DNA of 64,000 bases from NCBI GenBank assembly GCA_965223845.1, contig CBDCXR010000004.1, positions 1,504,001 through 1,568,000 of the forward strand, read 5' to 3'. Position numbers and translations under genes: made by a program. Source of the DNA: Planctomycetota bacterium (GTDB taxonomy: Bacteria > Planctomycetota > UBA8108 > SXIK01). Below the pieces are notes generated by a model. The model ran no database searches. It was not told the DNA's origin and worked only from the letters and a program-made list of their open reading frames with translations. Shown piece after piece: positions 38,499-48,555 of the stretch (position 1 is the first letter of the stretch; each line of letters opens with the position of its first letter).

Positions 38499-39746
38499 AT
38501 GGCCAGTTTCCAGTACACCGCGGTTCGACCCGGCGGCGAGCGAATCTCGGGAACGATCGACGCGCCGAATGAGACCGAGGCCGCGTCGGATCTGCGCCGT
38601 CAGGGCCTAGTCGTCGTCAAGATCACTCGGAGCGGAAAGGGCGCCAAGAAGGGCGGCGGTCGCAAAGCGAAGGCCGCGTCGACCGCCGGGGCGAACACCG
38701 CTCGCGTGCGGGTGAAGTCGGCCGAGATGGTCGTCTTCACGCGACAGCTCTCGACGATGATCAGCGCCGGTATCCCGCTCGTCGAATCGATCGATATCCT
38801 CGCGGAGCAAGCCGACAACGTCGGCTTCAAGGCCTGCCTCGAGGACGTAACCGAGCAGGTGCGCGCGGGAAAAGATCTGTCGCAGGCACTATCCCGTCAC
38901 CCGCGACTCTTTCCGAACATCTACGTCAATATGGTGAAGGCCGGTGAGGCGAGCGGTCAGCTCGACGTCGTTCTTCAGCGATTGGCGGAGTATTCCGAGG
39001 CGGCCGAAGCGCTCAAGTCCGAGATCAAGTCGGCGATGACGTATCCCATCGTCTCGCTCGTGCTCGTGCTTGGAATCAGCGTATTCCTCCTCGTCTTCAT
39101 CATTCCGAAATTCCAAGACATGTTCAGCTCGATGTCGGTCGAGCTGCCGGCGATCACAAAGGGGCTGCTCGCGCTCAGTCTCTTCCTCAAGTCGAACTTC
39201 CTCTTGATCCTGCTCGGGACCGCCGGCGCTGTCGCCGGCTTGGTGATGTACTTCAAGACGGAGAAAGGTGGGTACGTCGCAAACTGGCTCACCTTGAGGG
39301 CGCCGATCTTCGGTCCGCTCTTTTCGAAGGTTGCGATTTCGCGGTTCAGTCGGACGTTCTCGACTCTGATCCAAAGCGGCGTACCGATTCTCGGCGCTCT
39401 CGAGATCGTGGCAGAGACGTGCGGCAATCGCATTTTCGCCGACGCGATCAACAACGCCGCGGAGTCCGTGAAGCAGGGTGAGACTCTCGGCGACCCACTC
39501 GGCCAGAGCGGCGTCTTCCCGCCCATGGTCACGAAGATGGTATCGATCGGGGAGAAGACCGGTGCGCTCGAGCAGCTGCTCGAAAAGATCTCGGAGTTCT
39601 ACGATCAGCAGGTGAAGACGACGGTGGACGGACTGACGTCCCTGATCGAGCCGCTCATGATCGGAGTCATGGGATTCCTGGTCGGCGGCATGGTCCTCGC
39701 GATCTTCCTCCCGATCTTCAAGATGGTCGGCTCGCTCAGCGGCTGA
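38499..39746 (+). CDS. pilC: type IV pilus inner-membrane platform protein (GspF/PilC)
   Basis: FTRQLSTMISAGIP; AGEASGQL; SAMTYP; IGEKTGAL; LIEP; IFLPIF. Confidence 0.93.
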   Translation: MASFQYTAVRPGGERISGTIDAPNETEAASDLRRQGLVVVKITRSGKGAKKGGGRKAKAASTAGANTARVRVKSAEMVVFTRQLSTMISAGIPLVESIDILAEQADNVGFKACLEDVTEQVRAGKDLSQALSRHPRLFPNIYVNMVKAGEASGQLDVVLQRLAEYSEAAEALKSEIKSAMTYPIVSLVLVLGISVFLLVFIIPKFQDMFSSMSVELPAITKGLLALSLFLKSNFLLILLGTAGAVAGLVMYFKTEKGGYVANWLTLRAPIFGPLFSKVAISRFSRTFSTLIQSGVPILGALEIVAETCGNRIFADAINNAAESVKQGETLGDPLGQSGVFPPMVTKMVSIGEKTGALEQLLEKISEFYDQQVKTTVDGLTSLIEPLMIGVMGFLVGGMVLAIFLPIFKMVGSLSG

Positions 39747-39758
39747 GACCGTTCGCGT

Positions 39759-39811
39759 CGCGTCGAGTTGGTTCCGCGGTACCGCCCGTCCCGTGGATCC
39801 AACTCGACGCG
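39759..39811 (+). terminator. long intercistronic hairpin after pilC
   Basis: Perfect 13-bp arms CGCGTCGAGTTGG/CCAACTCGACGCG, extendable to about 21 bp with one mismatch and one G-U pair. Confidence 0.5.
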
Positions 39812-39909
39812 CGGAGATCCGCGCGTTTAGTTTCCCGCTTCGCGTCGTTTGAGAAGGATGGCGTTCGAGCAGGCAGAGAGAAGCGGTGAGACGAAGCGCA
39901 TCTTTCTGA

Positions 39910-41652
39910 ATGAGGACGAGAGCGATGGCGCCAGCGAGCGGACGAGCGGACGAGTCGAGCGATTCGCCGACGAAGAACGCGCTGCGCCCACCGCGAGCCG
40001 CGGCGCCGACGGCGATGCGCTACCGGCTGCTGCGCTTTCTCATCGCCCTACTCGCGCTCGGCCTCGTCCCGTTTCGACCGGAGTCGAGTGCTTCGCCGTT
40101 CGTTCTCACGGCGGTCGCCGCAGCGTACGCACTGTTTGCGGTCGCGCGCCTCCTCGCGCCGCGGGCTCGCACGTCTCGTTTCGAGGTCGGAATCGACGTC
40201 GCCACGCAAGGCGCACTCGTGTGGATGAGCGGCGGAGTCCTGAGCGTGTACACGCCGATTCTGTTCGTGACGCTCGTCGCCGCGACCGAGTTCGTCTCGG
40301 CGCGCGAGTCATTCGCGCTTTCGACGATCACGGCGGTCGCGTTCTGCGCCCCGATACTCGTTGAGCTTTCGCTCGCGGCCTACGCCGAATCCGACGCCCG
40401 GCCCGAATCGCCCGAGGCCGACGGGCAGTTCGTCAGCTCCTATCTCCTCGCGAGCACGCTCGGGCTCTACGTTTGCGCGTCGCTCGGCTCTCGTCTCTCG
40501 CAAGGTCGAAGACGCGACACGGAGCTCCATCGCGAAATCCTCGAAGCGATGGGGCAGGGCGTGATCGCGGTCGACTCGCGCGGAGCCATTCTCCAGATCA
40601 ACCGCGAAGCACGCCGGATCTGCGGTGTCGGGGAGAGTGCGACGGAGAGCGTCGGCCGGTCGCTCGACTCCGTCCTCACTGGAGAGAGCGGCCGTGCGGT
40701 CGCAAGCGTCATCGACCGGGACGACGCGACGGACCATCGCCTTCTTCTCGCGGCTCCGGGCGAGACCCCGGTGCCGACTCGAGTGTCGATCTCTCGCATC
40801 GCGAGTCCCCGCGCAAAGGCGGCAACTCGGATCGCTGTCCTTTCCAACTTGAGCCTCGAGCACCACATGGCGGATGCGGAGGCGCGGATCGAGGAACTCG
40901 AGCGCCTCCACGTGATGGCGCTCGGCATCGCTCACGAGATCCGCAATCCTCTCGCCTCGGTGCGCGGCTGCGTGCAGGAGCTCGAGCGGCGTCAACTGAC
41001 CGAGGAGCACGCGTCTCGACTTCGGTCGATCATCTCGCGCGAATCGGATCGGCTCAACGAGACCCTGGAATCCTTTTTGCAGTACGCGCGCCCCGGTGAA
41101 ATCACTCAGACGGACGTCGACCTCGGCGAGATCGTGGAGGAAGCGAGTGTGCTCATTCGCAACCGAGACGAGTTCGGAGCTCGTTCGCTCGACGTGCGCG
41201 TCGCCGAGGAGCCGAGTCGCGCAGCGATGCAGGTCCCTGGATCGCGCGATCAACTCATCCAGCTCCTTCTCAACCTGGGAATCAACGCCATCGAAGCGAC
41301 CGACGATCGGAGCGGTCGTCTCGAAATTGAGGTTCGTACGGCGAGCGGGACGCCGGACGAGGGGGATGGTGACCATCCGAAGGTTGTGGAGGTGAGTGTT
41401 TCCGACAACGGCCAAGGACTCTCGGCGGCCGAGCGCGAGAAGGTGTTCACTCCTTTCTACACGACTAAGGCGCGTGGAAGTGGACTCGGGCTCGCGATCG
41501 TCGAGCGCATCGTACGAAACCACGGTGCGACCATCGAAGTGTCGAGCGCGCTAGGCTCCGGGACGCGCTTCTGCGTGCGATTCCCGCGGAGTCGCGAGCG
41601 CCGCGAAAGCGATCCCCGCCCCGTACCGGTTGAGAGTGCGAGTCATGTCTGA
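39910..41652 (+). CDS. pilS: PilS-like sensor histidine kinase (multi-TM, PAS-like, HisKA, HATPase)
   Basis: AHEIRNPL; LNLGINA; DNGQG; PFYTTK; GSGLGL; alternative start ATG 40015; adjacent to pilC and a bEBP. Confidence 0.75.
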   Translation: MRTRAMAPASGRADESSDSPTKNALRPPRAAAPTAMRYRLLRFLIALLALGLVPFRPESSASPFVLTAVAAAYALFAVARLLAPRARTSRFEVGIDVATQGALVWMSGGVLSVYTPILFVTLVAATEFVSARESFALSTITAVAFCAPILVELSLAAYAESDARPESPEADGQFVSSYLLASTLGLYVCASLGSRLSQGRRRDTELHREILEAMGQGVIAVDSRGAILQINREARRICGVGESATESVGRSLDSVLTGESGRAVASVIDRDDATDHRLLLAAPGETPVPTRVSISRIASPRAKAATRIAVLSNLSLEHHMADAEARIEELERLHVMALGIAHEIRNPLASVRGCVQELERRQLTEEHASRLRSIISRESDRLNETLESFLQYARPGEITQTDVDLGEIVEEASVLIRNRDEFGARSLDVRVAEEPSRAAMQVPGSRDQLIQLLLNLGINAIEATDDRSGRLEIEVRTASGTPDEGDGDHPKVVEVSVSDNGQGLSAAEREKVFTPFYTTKARGSGLGLAIVERIVRNHGATIEVSSALGSGTRFCVRFPRSRERRESDPRPVPVESASHV

Positions 41653-43030
41653 GAAAAAGAGCACTGTTCTCATCGTCGACGACGAGCCGAGCCTGCGCGA
41701 GCTCCTCAGCGTCGTGCTCGAAGTCGAAGGGTACGAGGTGCAGTGTGCTTCGAACGGAGTCGAGGCGCTCGCCGTGTTCGATCGGTGTGACGGCGAGATC
41801 GAGGTCGTCATTCAGGACGTCCGCATGCCCGGGATGAGCGGTCTCGATCTACTGAAGCACTGGAAGCGGCGAGCGCCCCAGCTTCCCGTCATCGTCGTCA
41901 CGGCGTTTTCGACTTGGGACGACGCCGTCGAAGCGATGCGTCTCGGAGCGTACAACTATCTTCGCAAGCCGTTCGATACCGACATGATTCGGAAGGTCGT
42001 TCGAGGAGCCGTGCTCCGCACGTCCCGACGGAGCGATGCTTCCGCTGGTTGCTACCGCGACATCATCGGCAATCACCGCTCCCTCCAAGACGTGCTCGAG
42101 ATGGTGAGCCGCGTCGCCCGCACGGAGAGTACGGTGTTGATCCAAGGCGAGAGCGGTACGGGAAAGGAGATGATCGCGCGTACGATTCATCTTCAGTCGG
42201 CTCGCCACGACCGACCGTTTCTCCCCGTCAACTGCAGTGCGTTCGCGGAATCCCTCCTCGAGAGCGAGCTGTTCGGCCACGTTCGCGGCGCGTTCACGGG
42301 CGCACTCGAGGACCAAGACGGCGTATTCGCCGCCGCGGAGGGAGGGACGATCTTCCTCGACGAGATCGGAGACACCAGCCTCTCCACTCAGGTGAAGCTT
42401 CTTCGCGTTCTCGAAGAACGGTGCATCAGTCCGGTCGGCAGCTCGCGGATCGTTCCGATCGACGTCCGCGTCGTCGCCGCGACCAATCGCGACCTCGTGC
42501 GTGAAACTGCCGTGGGAACGTTTCGAGAAGATCTCTACTATCGACTCAACGTGATCCCTCTCCACATGCCTCCCCTCCGCGAGCGGAAAGACGACATCCC
42601 GTTTCTCGTCGGTCATTTCCTCGCGAAGTACTCCGAGCGAATGGGGAAAAACGTCACCCGAATCTCCGACGATGGGCTTCGGGCGCTCGCGCGCTACGAT
42701 TGGCCGGGCAATGTGCGGGAGCTCGAAAACATCGTCCAGCGGCACGTCGCGCTGGCCGACGGCGAAGAGATCGAAACGGTCGAGCTGCCCGGCTCGAGCT
42801 CGACCGCGCATGCCGAGGCACCGATCGTCACTCCCGACAACGTGGTTCTTCCGCGGGAAGGATTCGACCTTCAGCAGAGGCTGGACGACATCGAGCGGCG
42901 GTACATCGATCAAGCTCTCGAGCAGTCGGGCGGCCAAATGACGAAGGCCGCGCGCCTCCTCGGGATGAGTTACCGGTCGATGCGCTACCGCGTGAAGAAG
43001 CTCGGCCTCCGCGAGACGCGCGAGGCGTAA
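41645..43030 (+). CDS. pilR: PilR-like sigma54-dependent response regulator
   Basis: Receiver VDDE, QDVRMP, KPF; GESGTGKE; ESELFGH; GAFTGA; FLDEIG; [21 protein letters not shown]. Confidence 0.8.
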   Translation: MSEKKSTVLIVDDEPSLRELLSVVLEVEGYEVQCASNGVEALAVFDRCDGEIEVVIQDVRMPGMSGLDLLKHWKRRAPQLPVIVVTAFSTWDDAVEAMRLGAYNYLRKPFDTDMIRKVVRGAVLRTSRRSDASAGCYRDIIGNHRSLQDVLEMVSRVARTESTVLIQGESGTGKEMIARTIHLQSARHDRPFLPVNCSAFAESLLESELFGHVRGAFTGALEDQDGVFAAAEGGTIFLDEIGDTSLSTQVKLLRVLEERCISPVGSSRIVPIDVRVVAATNRDLVRETAVGTFREDLYYRLNVIPLHMPPLRERKDDIPFLVGHFLAKYSERMGKNVTRISDDGLRALARYDWPGNVRELENIVQRHVALADGEEIETVELPGSSSTAHAEAPIVTPDNVVLPREGFDLQQRLDDIERRYIDQALEQSGGQMTKAARLLGMSYRSMRYRVKKLGLRETREA

Positions 43031-43140
43031 TCCGACCGCGTTTGCCGTCGCGAGCTCGGCGACCCGTGGGGCCGAGGTCCGAGAACTCTCTCGGGCGATT
43101 CCGGGCGCTCACGTCCATCCGCCGGGACGTCCGAGATGAT

Positions 43141-43176
43141 GGAAGCGTTACAAGAACCAAGCTCGGGAACGCTTCC
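43141..43176 (+). promoter_or_regulatory. inverted repeat ending 2 nt before a start codon
   Basis: GGAAGCGTT-N18-AACGCTTCC. Confidence 0.4.
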
Positions 43177-43178
43177 GT

Positions 43179-45248
43179 ATGCCATCGACGACGATGATCG
43201 CCGACGCACCTTCGCAAGAAACGGGCGTCGGCCCGGAGAACCTCACCGGTCGGAGCCCGCGGGTACGGTATGCCTGCGCACTCGCCGCCTGGTGCGCGCT
43301 CGTACTCGCTCTCTTCGCCGTCGAGCACAGAGCACTCTTCGGGCTTGCCATCGCGAGGACCGTGACCCTCGCGTGGGCCGTGATCTGTGGCTACGCCATT
43401 TGGTTCACCGGTTTTCGTCTGCTCCGTCGAGCGATCGGCGCCGGGACGGACGCGATCTCGAGCGGATGCGAGCGGACCGCCTACGAACTCGGACTCGGCG
43501 CCCTCATCGCCATGCTGAGCGTGACGGCGCTCGGATTCCTCGGCGCCCTTCGCCCCGTCGTCGCTTACGGATTGCTGGGAGTGCTTCTCGCCGGGAATCA
43601 CCTCGCATTTTGGCGAGACCTTCGCGGTCGCTGGACGGGTCGCTCGAACCCGCGGCCGTCCGATCGATACTTCCTTGCGCTCACGCTCGTCGGCGGCGCC
43701 TTAGCTCTCGTCTCCGGCCTCGCGCCTCCCGTGTCGCAGGACGCGCTCGTCTACCACTTGGCGATTCCGGCCCGCTACATCGACGCCGGAGGAATCGTTC
43801 CCGTCCCGGGAAACTTCTTCGCCCAGTTTCCTCAATACGTCGAGCTGCTCTTTACCTGGGCACTCCTTCTCGACGGCCCCGAGCTCGCGAAACTGGTTCA
43901 CTGGGGATTTGGCGTCGCCTCGTCGATCGCGCTCGCAGGACTCGTGCGAGCACTCGACCCACGTGCGTCACGCAGTCTTGCCGTGGCTCTCTTCGCCACT
44001 CTTCCCACGGTGATGCTCGTCGCGGGGTGGGCTTACGTCGATCTCGCGATCGTCCACTTCTCACTCCTCACGCTCCTCTGCCTCTTGCGCTGGTTCGAGT
44101 TTGACACGATCCGGTGGGGAGTGCTCGGTGCGATCTTTGCCGGAGCCGCCGCGGGGACGAAGTACACGGGCGGACTCAACGGCTTGATCGTCGTCGGCGC
44201 GGCGATCGCCATCGCGCGATCGCGCAGTTACTCGGGGAGGAGCTTCCTCCGGACCGTATTCATCCTCGCCGGTGTGGTCGCCCTCGTCGCCGCTCCGTGG
44301 TGGTTGAAGAACATCGCCTACACGGGGAATCCCCTCTATCCCTTCGCGTTCGGTCTCTTCGGTGGAGAGGGCTGGGATGCGGAGCGGCAGGCGATCTTGA
44401 GCGGATCTCTCCGCGAGTGGGGTGGGGACCGGGGCATCTTCGCGACGATCGCGCTCCCGTGGCGAGTGACGATGGACGGACGGTTCTTCGATCCGGTCCA
44501 CTTCGACGGCGTCATCGGTGCGGGATTCCTGCTCGCCGTTCCCGCGTTGGCGCTCACTCTCCGGCGGGGGAGTGGATGCGGGATCGTCTGGACGTTCGTT
44601 GCCGTTCATGTGCTCCTCTGGATTCTCACGACGCGTCAGGTGCGCTTTCTCCTTCCGGCTCTCGCGGTTTTGAGTGCACTCACCGCCTGTGGGATTCAGC
44701 GCATGCAGACGGGAGACCGACTCCTTCGCGGTGCCGTGGTTGCCGCCGTTGCGCTCAACGTCGGCATGGCGCTCTTTCACTTCGCGGGTCACCGTCCACT
44801 GGGTGTGGTGCTCGGTCTCGAGTCGCGCGACGCCTATCTCGAGCGTGAGGTCCCCGGCGGTGACTACTCGATGTTTCGCTTCATCGCCGACGAACTTCCC
44901 GAGGATGCGTACCTCCTCTTCGGTTCACTGGGAAACCCTGGCTTTCTCTGCGAGCGGAGGTACTACGCGGACGCGTTCATCGAGAATCACACCCTGAAGG
45001 AGCTCCTCACGCGCGGGGCGACGCCGAGCGGCGTCGCCGGAGAGTTCCGCGCGCGCGGGTTTACTCACTTCGTGTTTCGCTTCGACTGCGTGTTCGACGC
45101 GACCAGGCGAAAGAGCGATCTCACTCTCGCGCAGCAGCAGCTTCTGGCGACGTTCCTCAATCGCTACGGCTCCGAGCTCTACCGGAAGGCAGGAACTCTG
45201 CTCTACGCCGTCGATTCGAGCGCGGACGCAGCTCGAGAATCCGGGTGA
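43179..45248 (+). CDS. multi-pass GT-C (PMT/ArnT-like) glycosyltransferase
   Basis: Many TMs; QDALVYHLAIP; AYVDL; GTKYTG; PWWLKNIAYTGNPLYPF; RFLLP. Confidence 0.7.
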   Translation: MPSTTMIADAPSQETGVGPENLTGRSPRVRYACALAAWCALVLALFAVEHRALFGLAIARTVTLAWAVICGYAIWFTGFRLLRRAIGAGTDAISSGCERTAYELGLGALIAMLSVTALGFLGALRPVVAYGLLGVLLAGNHLAFWRDLRGRWTGRSNPRPSDRYFLALTLVGGALALVSGLAPPVSQDALVYHLAIPARYIDAGGIVPVPGNFFAQFPQYVELLFTWALLLDGPELAKLVHWGFGVASSIALAGLVRALDPRASRSLAVALFATLPTVMLVAGWAYVDLAIVHFSLLTLLCLLRWFEFDTIRWGVLGAIFAGAAAGTKYTGGLNGLIVVGAAIAIARSRSYSGRSFLRTVFILAGVVALVAAPWWLKNIAYTGNPLYPFAFGLFGGEGWDAERQAILSGSLREWGGDRGIFATIALPWRVTMDGRFFDPVHFDGVIGAGFLLAVPALALTLRRGSGCGIVWTFVAVHVLLWILTTRQVRFLLPALAVLSALTACGIQRMQTGDRLLRGAVVAAVALNVGMALFHFAGHRPLGVVLGLESRDAYLEREVPGGDYSMFRFIADELPEDAYLLFGSLGNPGFLCERRYYADAFIENHTLKELLTRGATPSGVAGEFRARGFTHFVFRFDCVFDATRRKSDLTLAQQQLLATFLNRYGSELYRKAGTLLYAVDSSADAARESG

Positions 45249-45302
45249 CCGATCGCCGCCGCCGTGGCGCTCGATTCGGCCGCCAGACGAAGCGCGGCGT
45301 CG

Positions 45303-46418
45303 TCAAGACCGGCCCCCGAACCCGTCCGCGGCGGAACCGTGCCGCTCCGCCAGACGCCGAAGCGCGCGCTGCGCGGTCTCGTTGAGAACCGAATCGTCTC
45401 GAACGTCCGCCTTCCGGGCTCGGGCCTCGAGCATCGTTCCTTGGGCGAGCGTGCCAACGTTCCCGATCGCCACCATCACATTGCGCAGGAACCCGCGGAA
45501 CTTCGCGCGACGAACGGCGCTCCGGGGAAAACGCGCTCGAAAGCCCTCTTCGTCGAGTGCTAAGAGATCGCTCAGCTGCGGGCGAAGGTTGTCTCGTCGC
45601 GGGGCGAGCTCGTCGTCGCCGCGAAGCTCGTCTCGCCGGTTGTGGGGACAGACCTCCTGACAGATGTCGCAGCCGAACACCATGTCCGCGACATCCGGCT
45701 CGAGCGAGGGCGGGATTTCTCCGCGAAGCTCGATCGTGAGGTACGAGATGCAGCGGCGTGCATCCAGTCGGTAGGGTTCGACGATCGCATCCGTCGGGCA
45801 CGCATCGATGCAGAGTCGGCAGGTTCCGCAGTGATCGGCGGCAGGGCGGTCCGGCTCCACTTCGAGATCGGTCAGCACCGCGGCGAGAAAGGAAAACGAT
45901 CCGAACTGAGGATGGATCGAGCAGGTGTTCTTTCCCAGCCACCCGATCCCTGCGGCCGCGGCCCAGTCTCGTTCGAGAACTGGGCCGGTGTCGACGTAGT
46001 AGCGAAAGCGTGCGGAGTAACGCTCGTGCAGAGCTTCGCAGGCCGCGCGGAGTCGGCGCTCGACAACGCGGTGGTAGTCGGTTCCGCGCGCGTACGCCGC
46101 GATGTGCGCGGTTCCGTCCGCGAGCGCGTCGATCGAGTAAGGCGAGTCGTCCCGGTACTCGATCGCGAGGGCGATCACCGTTCTCGCTCCTTCGAGCACT
46201 TCCCTCGGGTCCGTTCTCCGCGTTGTCCGGCGTTCGAGATACGCCATCGTCCCCGCGAAACCGTCGCTCACCCAGCGGCGGAATTCCTTCGCGTGAGGTG
46301 CGACTCGAGCGTGAGCGAATCCCACGCGATCGAAACCCGCCGCACGAACCAGCGAGCGCAGTGCCTCGCGGGCTGAGCCTCCGAGCGGTTCGCGTTGATC
46401 CGGCACCTGAGGAGTCAT
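45303..46418 (-). CDS. queG: tRNA epoxyqueuosine(34) reductase
   Basis: YARGTDYH; YVDTGPVLER; GWLGKN; CGTCRLCIDACPT; CISYLTIE; FGCDICQEVCP. Confidence 0.95.
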   Translation of the reverse strand: MTPQVPDQREPLGGSAREALRSLVRAAGFDRVGFAHARVAPHAKEFRRWVSDGFAGTMAYLERRTTRRTDPREVLEGARTVIALAIEYRDDSPYSIDALADGTAHIAAYARGTDYHRVVERRLRAACEALHERYSARFRYYVDTGPVLERDWAAAAGIGWLGKNTCSIHPQFGSFSFLAAVLTDLEVEPDRPAADHCGTCRLCIDACPTDAIVEPYRLDARRCISYLTIELRGEIPPSLEPDVADMVFGCDICQEVCPHNRRDELRGDDELAPRRDNLRPQLSDLLALDEEGFRARFPRSAVRRAKFRGFLRNVMVAIGNVGTLAQGTMLEARARKADVRDDSVLNETAQRALRRLAERHGSAADGFGGRS

Positions 46419-46595
46419 TCGTGGAAGCGTCGTACGGCTCGGGGACGCGGCGCGGGAGCACGCCTCGGACGTTGCGGGGTAGCGCGAAGACGCCTATCTT
46501 GTCAGAAGACGACTCGCGCCGAAACGTCTCGGCGATGATCGTCGATTCGATGGCCGCGAGCGAGCACTCCGAGGGAGGGAGCGATCGACGGAGTC

Positions 46596-46892
46596 ATGTC
46601 GATTGAATCTACCGAGCCCGCTCGAGTTCGACTGCTCGTCTCCGGACGAGTCCAGGGAGTCTGTTTTCGCGCGTACACCGTTGAGGAAGCGCGCGATCTG
46701 GAGCTATCGGGCTGGGTGCGGAACCTCGCCGACGGGCGCGTCGAGATCGAAGCGCAAGGCCCGCGCGAAGATGTCGAGCGTCTGGTCGCCTGGGCCAACC
46801 GAGGGTCCCCCTACGCCACGGTGACCGGAGTCGCCAGCGAGTGGATCGCCGCCGTATCGGGCGGTGAGTCCGGATTTCGGGTTCGGCGGTGA
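46596..46892 (+). CDS. acyP: acylphosphatase
   Basis: GRVQGVCFR; GWVRNLADGRVE. Confidence 0.92.
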   Translation: MSIESTEPARVRLLVSGRVQGVCFRAYTVEEARDLELSGWVRNLADGRVEIEAQGPREDVERLVAWANRGSPYATVTGVASEWIAAVSGGESGFRVRR

Positions 46893-48055
46893 GTGAGTCG
46901 CCTCGCGAGAGTCCCGCGCCAGTGGAGAGCGTGAGCGCGGCGATGTCTTCCCGGACATCGTTCTTCCGCGGACGAATCTGGATGTTCGTCCTCGCCGGCG
47001 GGGCCGTACTCGCAGTGCTCTTGTGGTGGTTTCTTCCGCTCGATCGACTCACGATCGAGACGTGGTATTCGCGGGGAGCCTATCGCCGAATCGCTGCGAT
47101 TCTCGTCCCGCTCACCGACCTCGCGCCGTTCTCGCTCAGCGTCTGGGGCAGCGCGGTCGGTGCGGCGGGATGTCTCGTTCTCTGGTGGCGGGCGTGGCGG
47201 CGCGGCCGCCGCCGTGGAGTCCGCTGGTACGCTCTCCGCTGGGGCGCGCTCCGCTGTACCCTTCTCGCGCTAGTCGTCTACGTGCTCTTTGTCGCGCTTT
47301 GGGGGGCGGGATACCGTCGCGTTCCTCTCGCCGATCGTCTTGGCCTCGACGAAGCATCGGTGAGTGACGACGAGTGGCGCGACTGCGCGTCGGGATTGCT
47401 CGGTGTGATCGCCGCCACCGAGACCGCTCCCCGAGACGTCGATGTCGCTCTCGCGTCGTTCCGCGCGTCTCTCGCTGCGACGATCGCGACTTGGGACGGC
47501 GTGCCGGTGACCCTTCCCGCGCGAATCAAATCGCCGCCGCGCGGGTCACTCCTCACATTCGGCTCGGCGGGTGTCACGTCGCCGTTCACGCTCGAAGCGC
47601 ACGTCGACCGCGCTCTCCCCGACGCCGCGTTCGTGCGCGTCGCGGCCCACGAGCTCGCTCACGTGGCGGGACTCTGCGGTGAGGCCGAGGCCGATCTCGC
47701 CGCAGCGCTGAGCGGACTCAAGGCGGAGCACGCGTTCGTGCGCTACGCAATCGCGCTCGATCTCTTTCGATCGGTGGTGCGGCGCCTTCCCGCAACCGAA
47801 CAGAGCGCTTGGGTCGAGCGTCTCCCCGAGCGGGCACGGGCCGATCTCCGTGCAGAGCGGGATGCCTACTTGAGGTATCGCTCGGACGCGTTGTCGAAGG
47901 TTCAGTCTCGGGTATACGATACGTACCTGCGGTCGCAGGGCGTCGAAGACGGGCTGGCGAACTACGCGCTCGCGGCCGACCTCTTCGCGCTCAGCCGCCG
48001 CCGGGGCCTCGTGGAGTTCGCGACACCCGCGGCGGAGAAGGGCGCGGGCGAGTGA
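46889..48055 (+). CDS. DUF3810-like membrane zinc metallopeptidase
   Basis: WYSRGAY; TMs; WGAGYRR; PFTLEA; HELAH plus downstream EAEA; YDTYLR. Confidence 0.75.
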   Translation: MSESPRESPAPVESVSAAMSSRTSFFRGRIWMFVLAGGAVLAVLLWWFLPLDRLTIETWYSRGAYRRIAAILVPLTDLAPFSLSVWGSAVGAAGCLVLWWRAWRRGRRRGVRWYALRWGALRCTLLALVVYVLFVALWGAGYRRVPLADRLGLDEASVSDDEWRDCASGLLGVIAATETAPRDVDVALASFRASLAATIATWDGVPVTLPARIKSPPRGSLLTFGSAGVTSPFTLEAHVDRALPDAAFVRVAAHELAHVAGLCGEAEADLAAALSGLKAEHAFVRYAIALDLFRSVVRRLPATEQSAWVERLPERARADLRAERDAYLRYRSDALSKVQSRVYDTYLRSQGVEDGLANYALAADLFALSRRRGLVEFATPAAEKGAGE

Positions 48056-48168
48056 GCCGCGTCCGAAGGATCGCGCATCGGGCCGTTTCTGTCCGCGCAG
48101 CGGGGGAGTAGGATAGCGCTGCGACGACCGTCTTCCGACTCTGCACTCCAATGTTTCGAGGACTGCCG

Positions 48169-48537
48169 ATGGATTCCGCCGCCGATACCCTCGCCGAAGG
48201 TTTTCTCGTCGCTCAGTTGAGCGAGCTCGCCCCGGTCGACTGCCCGTGTGGCACGTCGCGCCGCGCGTTCGGCGTCCCGGGGAACGACGTGGCAACGATT
48301 CACGAGGTCGAGATCTCAAAGGACAGCCGCGTTCACTATCACAAGCGGCTGACGGAGATCTACTACGTGCTCGAGGGTGAAGGGCACATCGAACTCAACG
48401 GCGACCGCGTCGAGGCGCGCCCGGGGACCGCGGTATTGATCCGTCCCGGTACGCGGCACCGTGCGGTCGGTGCACTTCGCGTCTTGGTGATTCCGATTCC
48501 CGCCTTCGACCCTGCCGACGAGTGGTTCGACGACTGA
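48169..48537 (+). CDS. cupin domain protein
   Basis: CPCG; HYHKRLTEIYYVLEGEG; PGTRHRA. Confidence 0.85.
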   Translation: MDSAADTLAEGFLVAQLSELAPVDCPCGTSRRAFGVPGNDVATIHEVEISKDSRVHYHKRLTEIYYVLEGEGHIELNGDRVEARPGTAVLIRPGTRHRAVGALRVLVIPIPAFDPADEWFDD

Positions 48538-48555
48538 GGTCGAATCCGGACGCGA

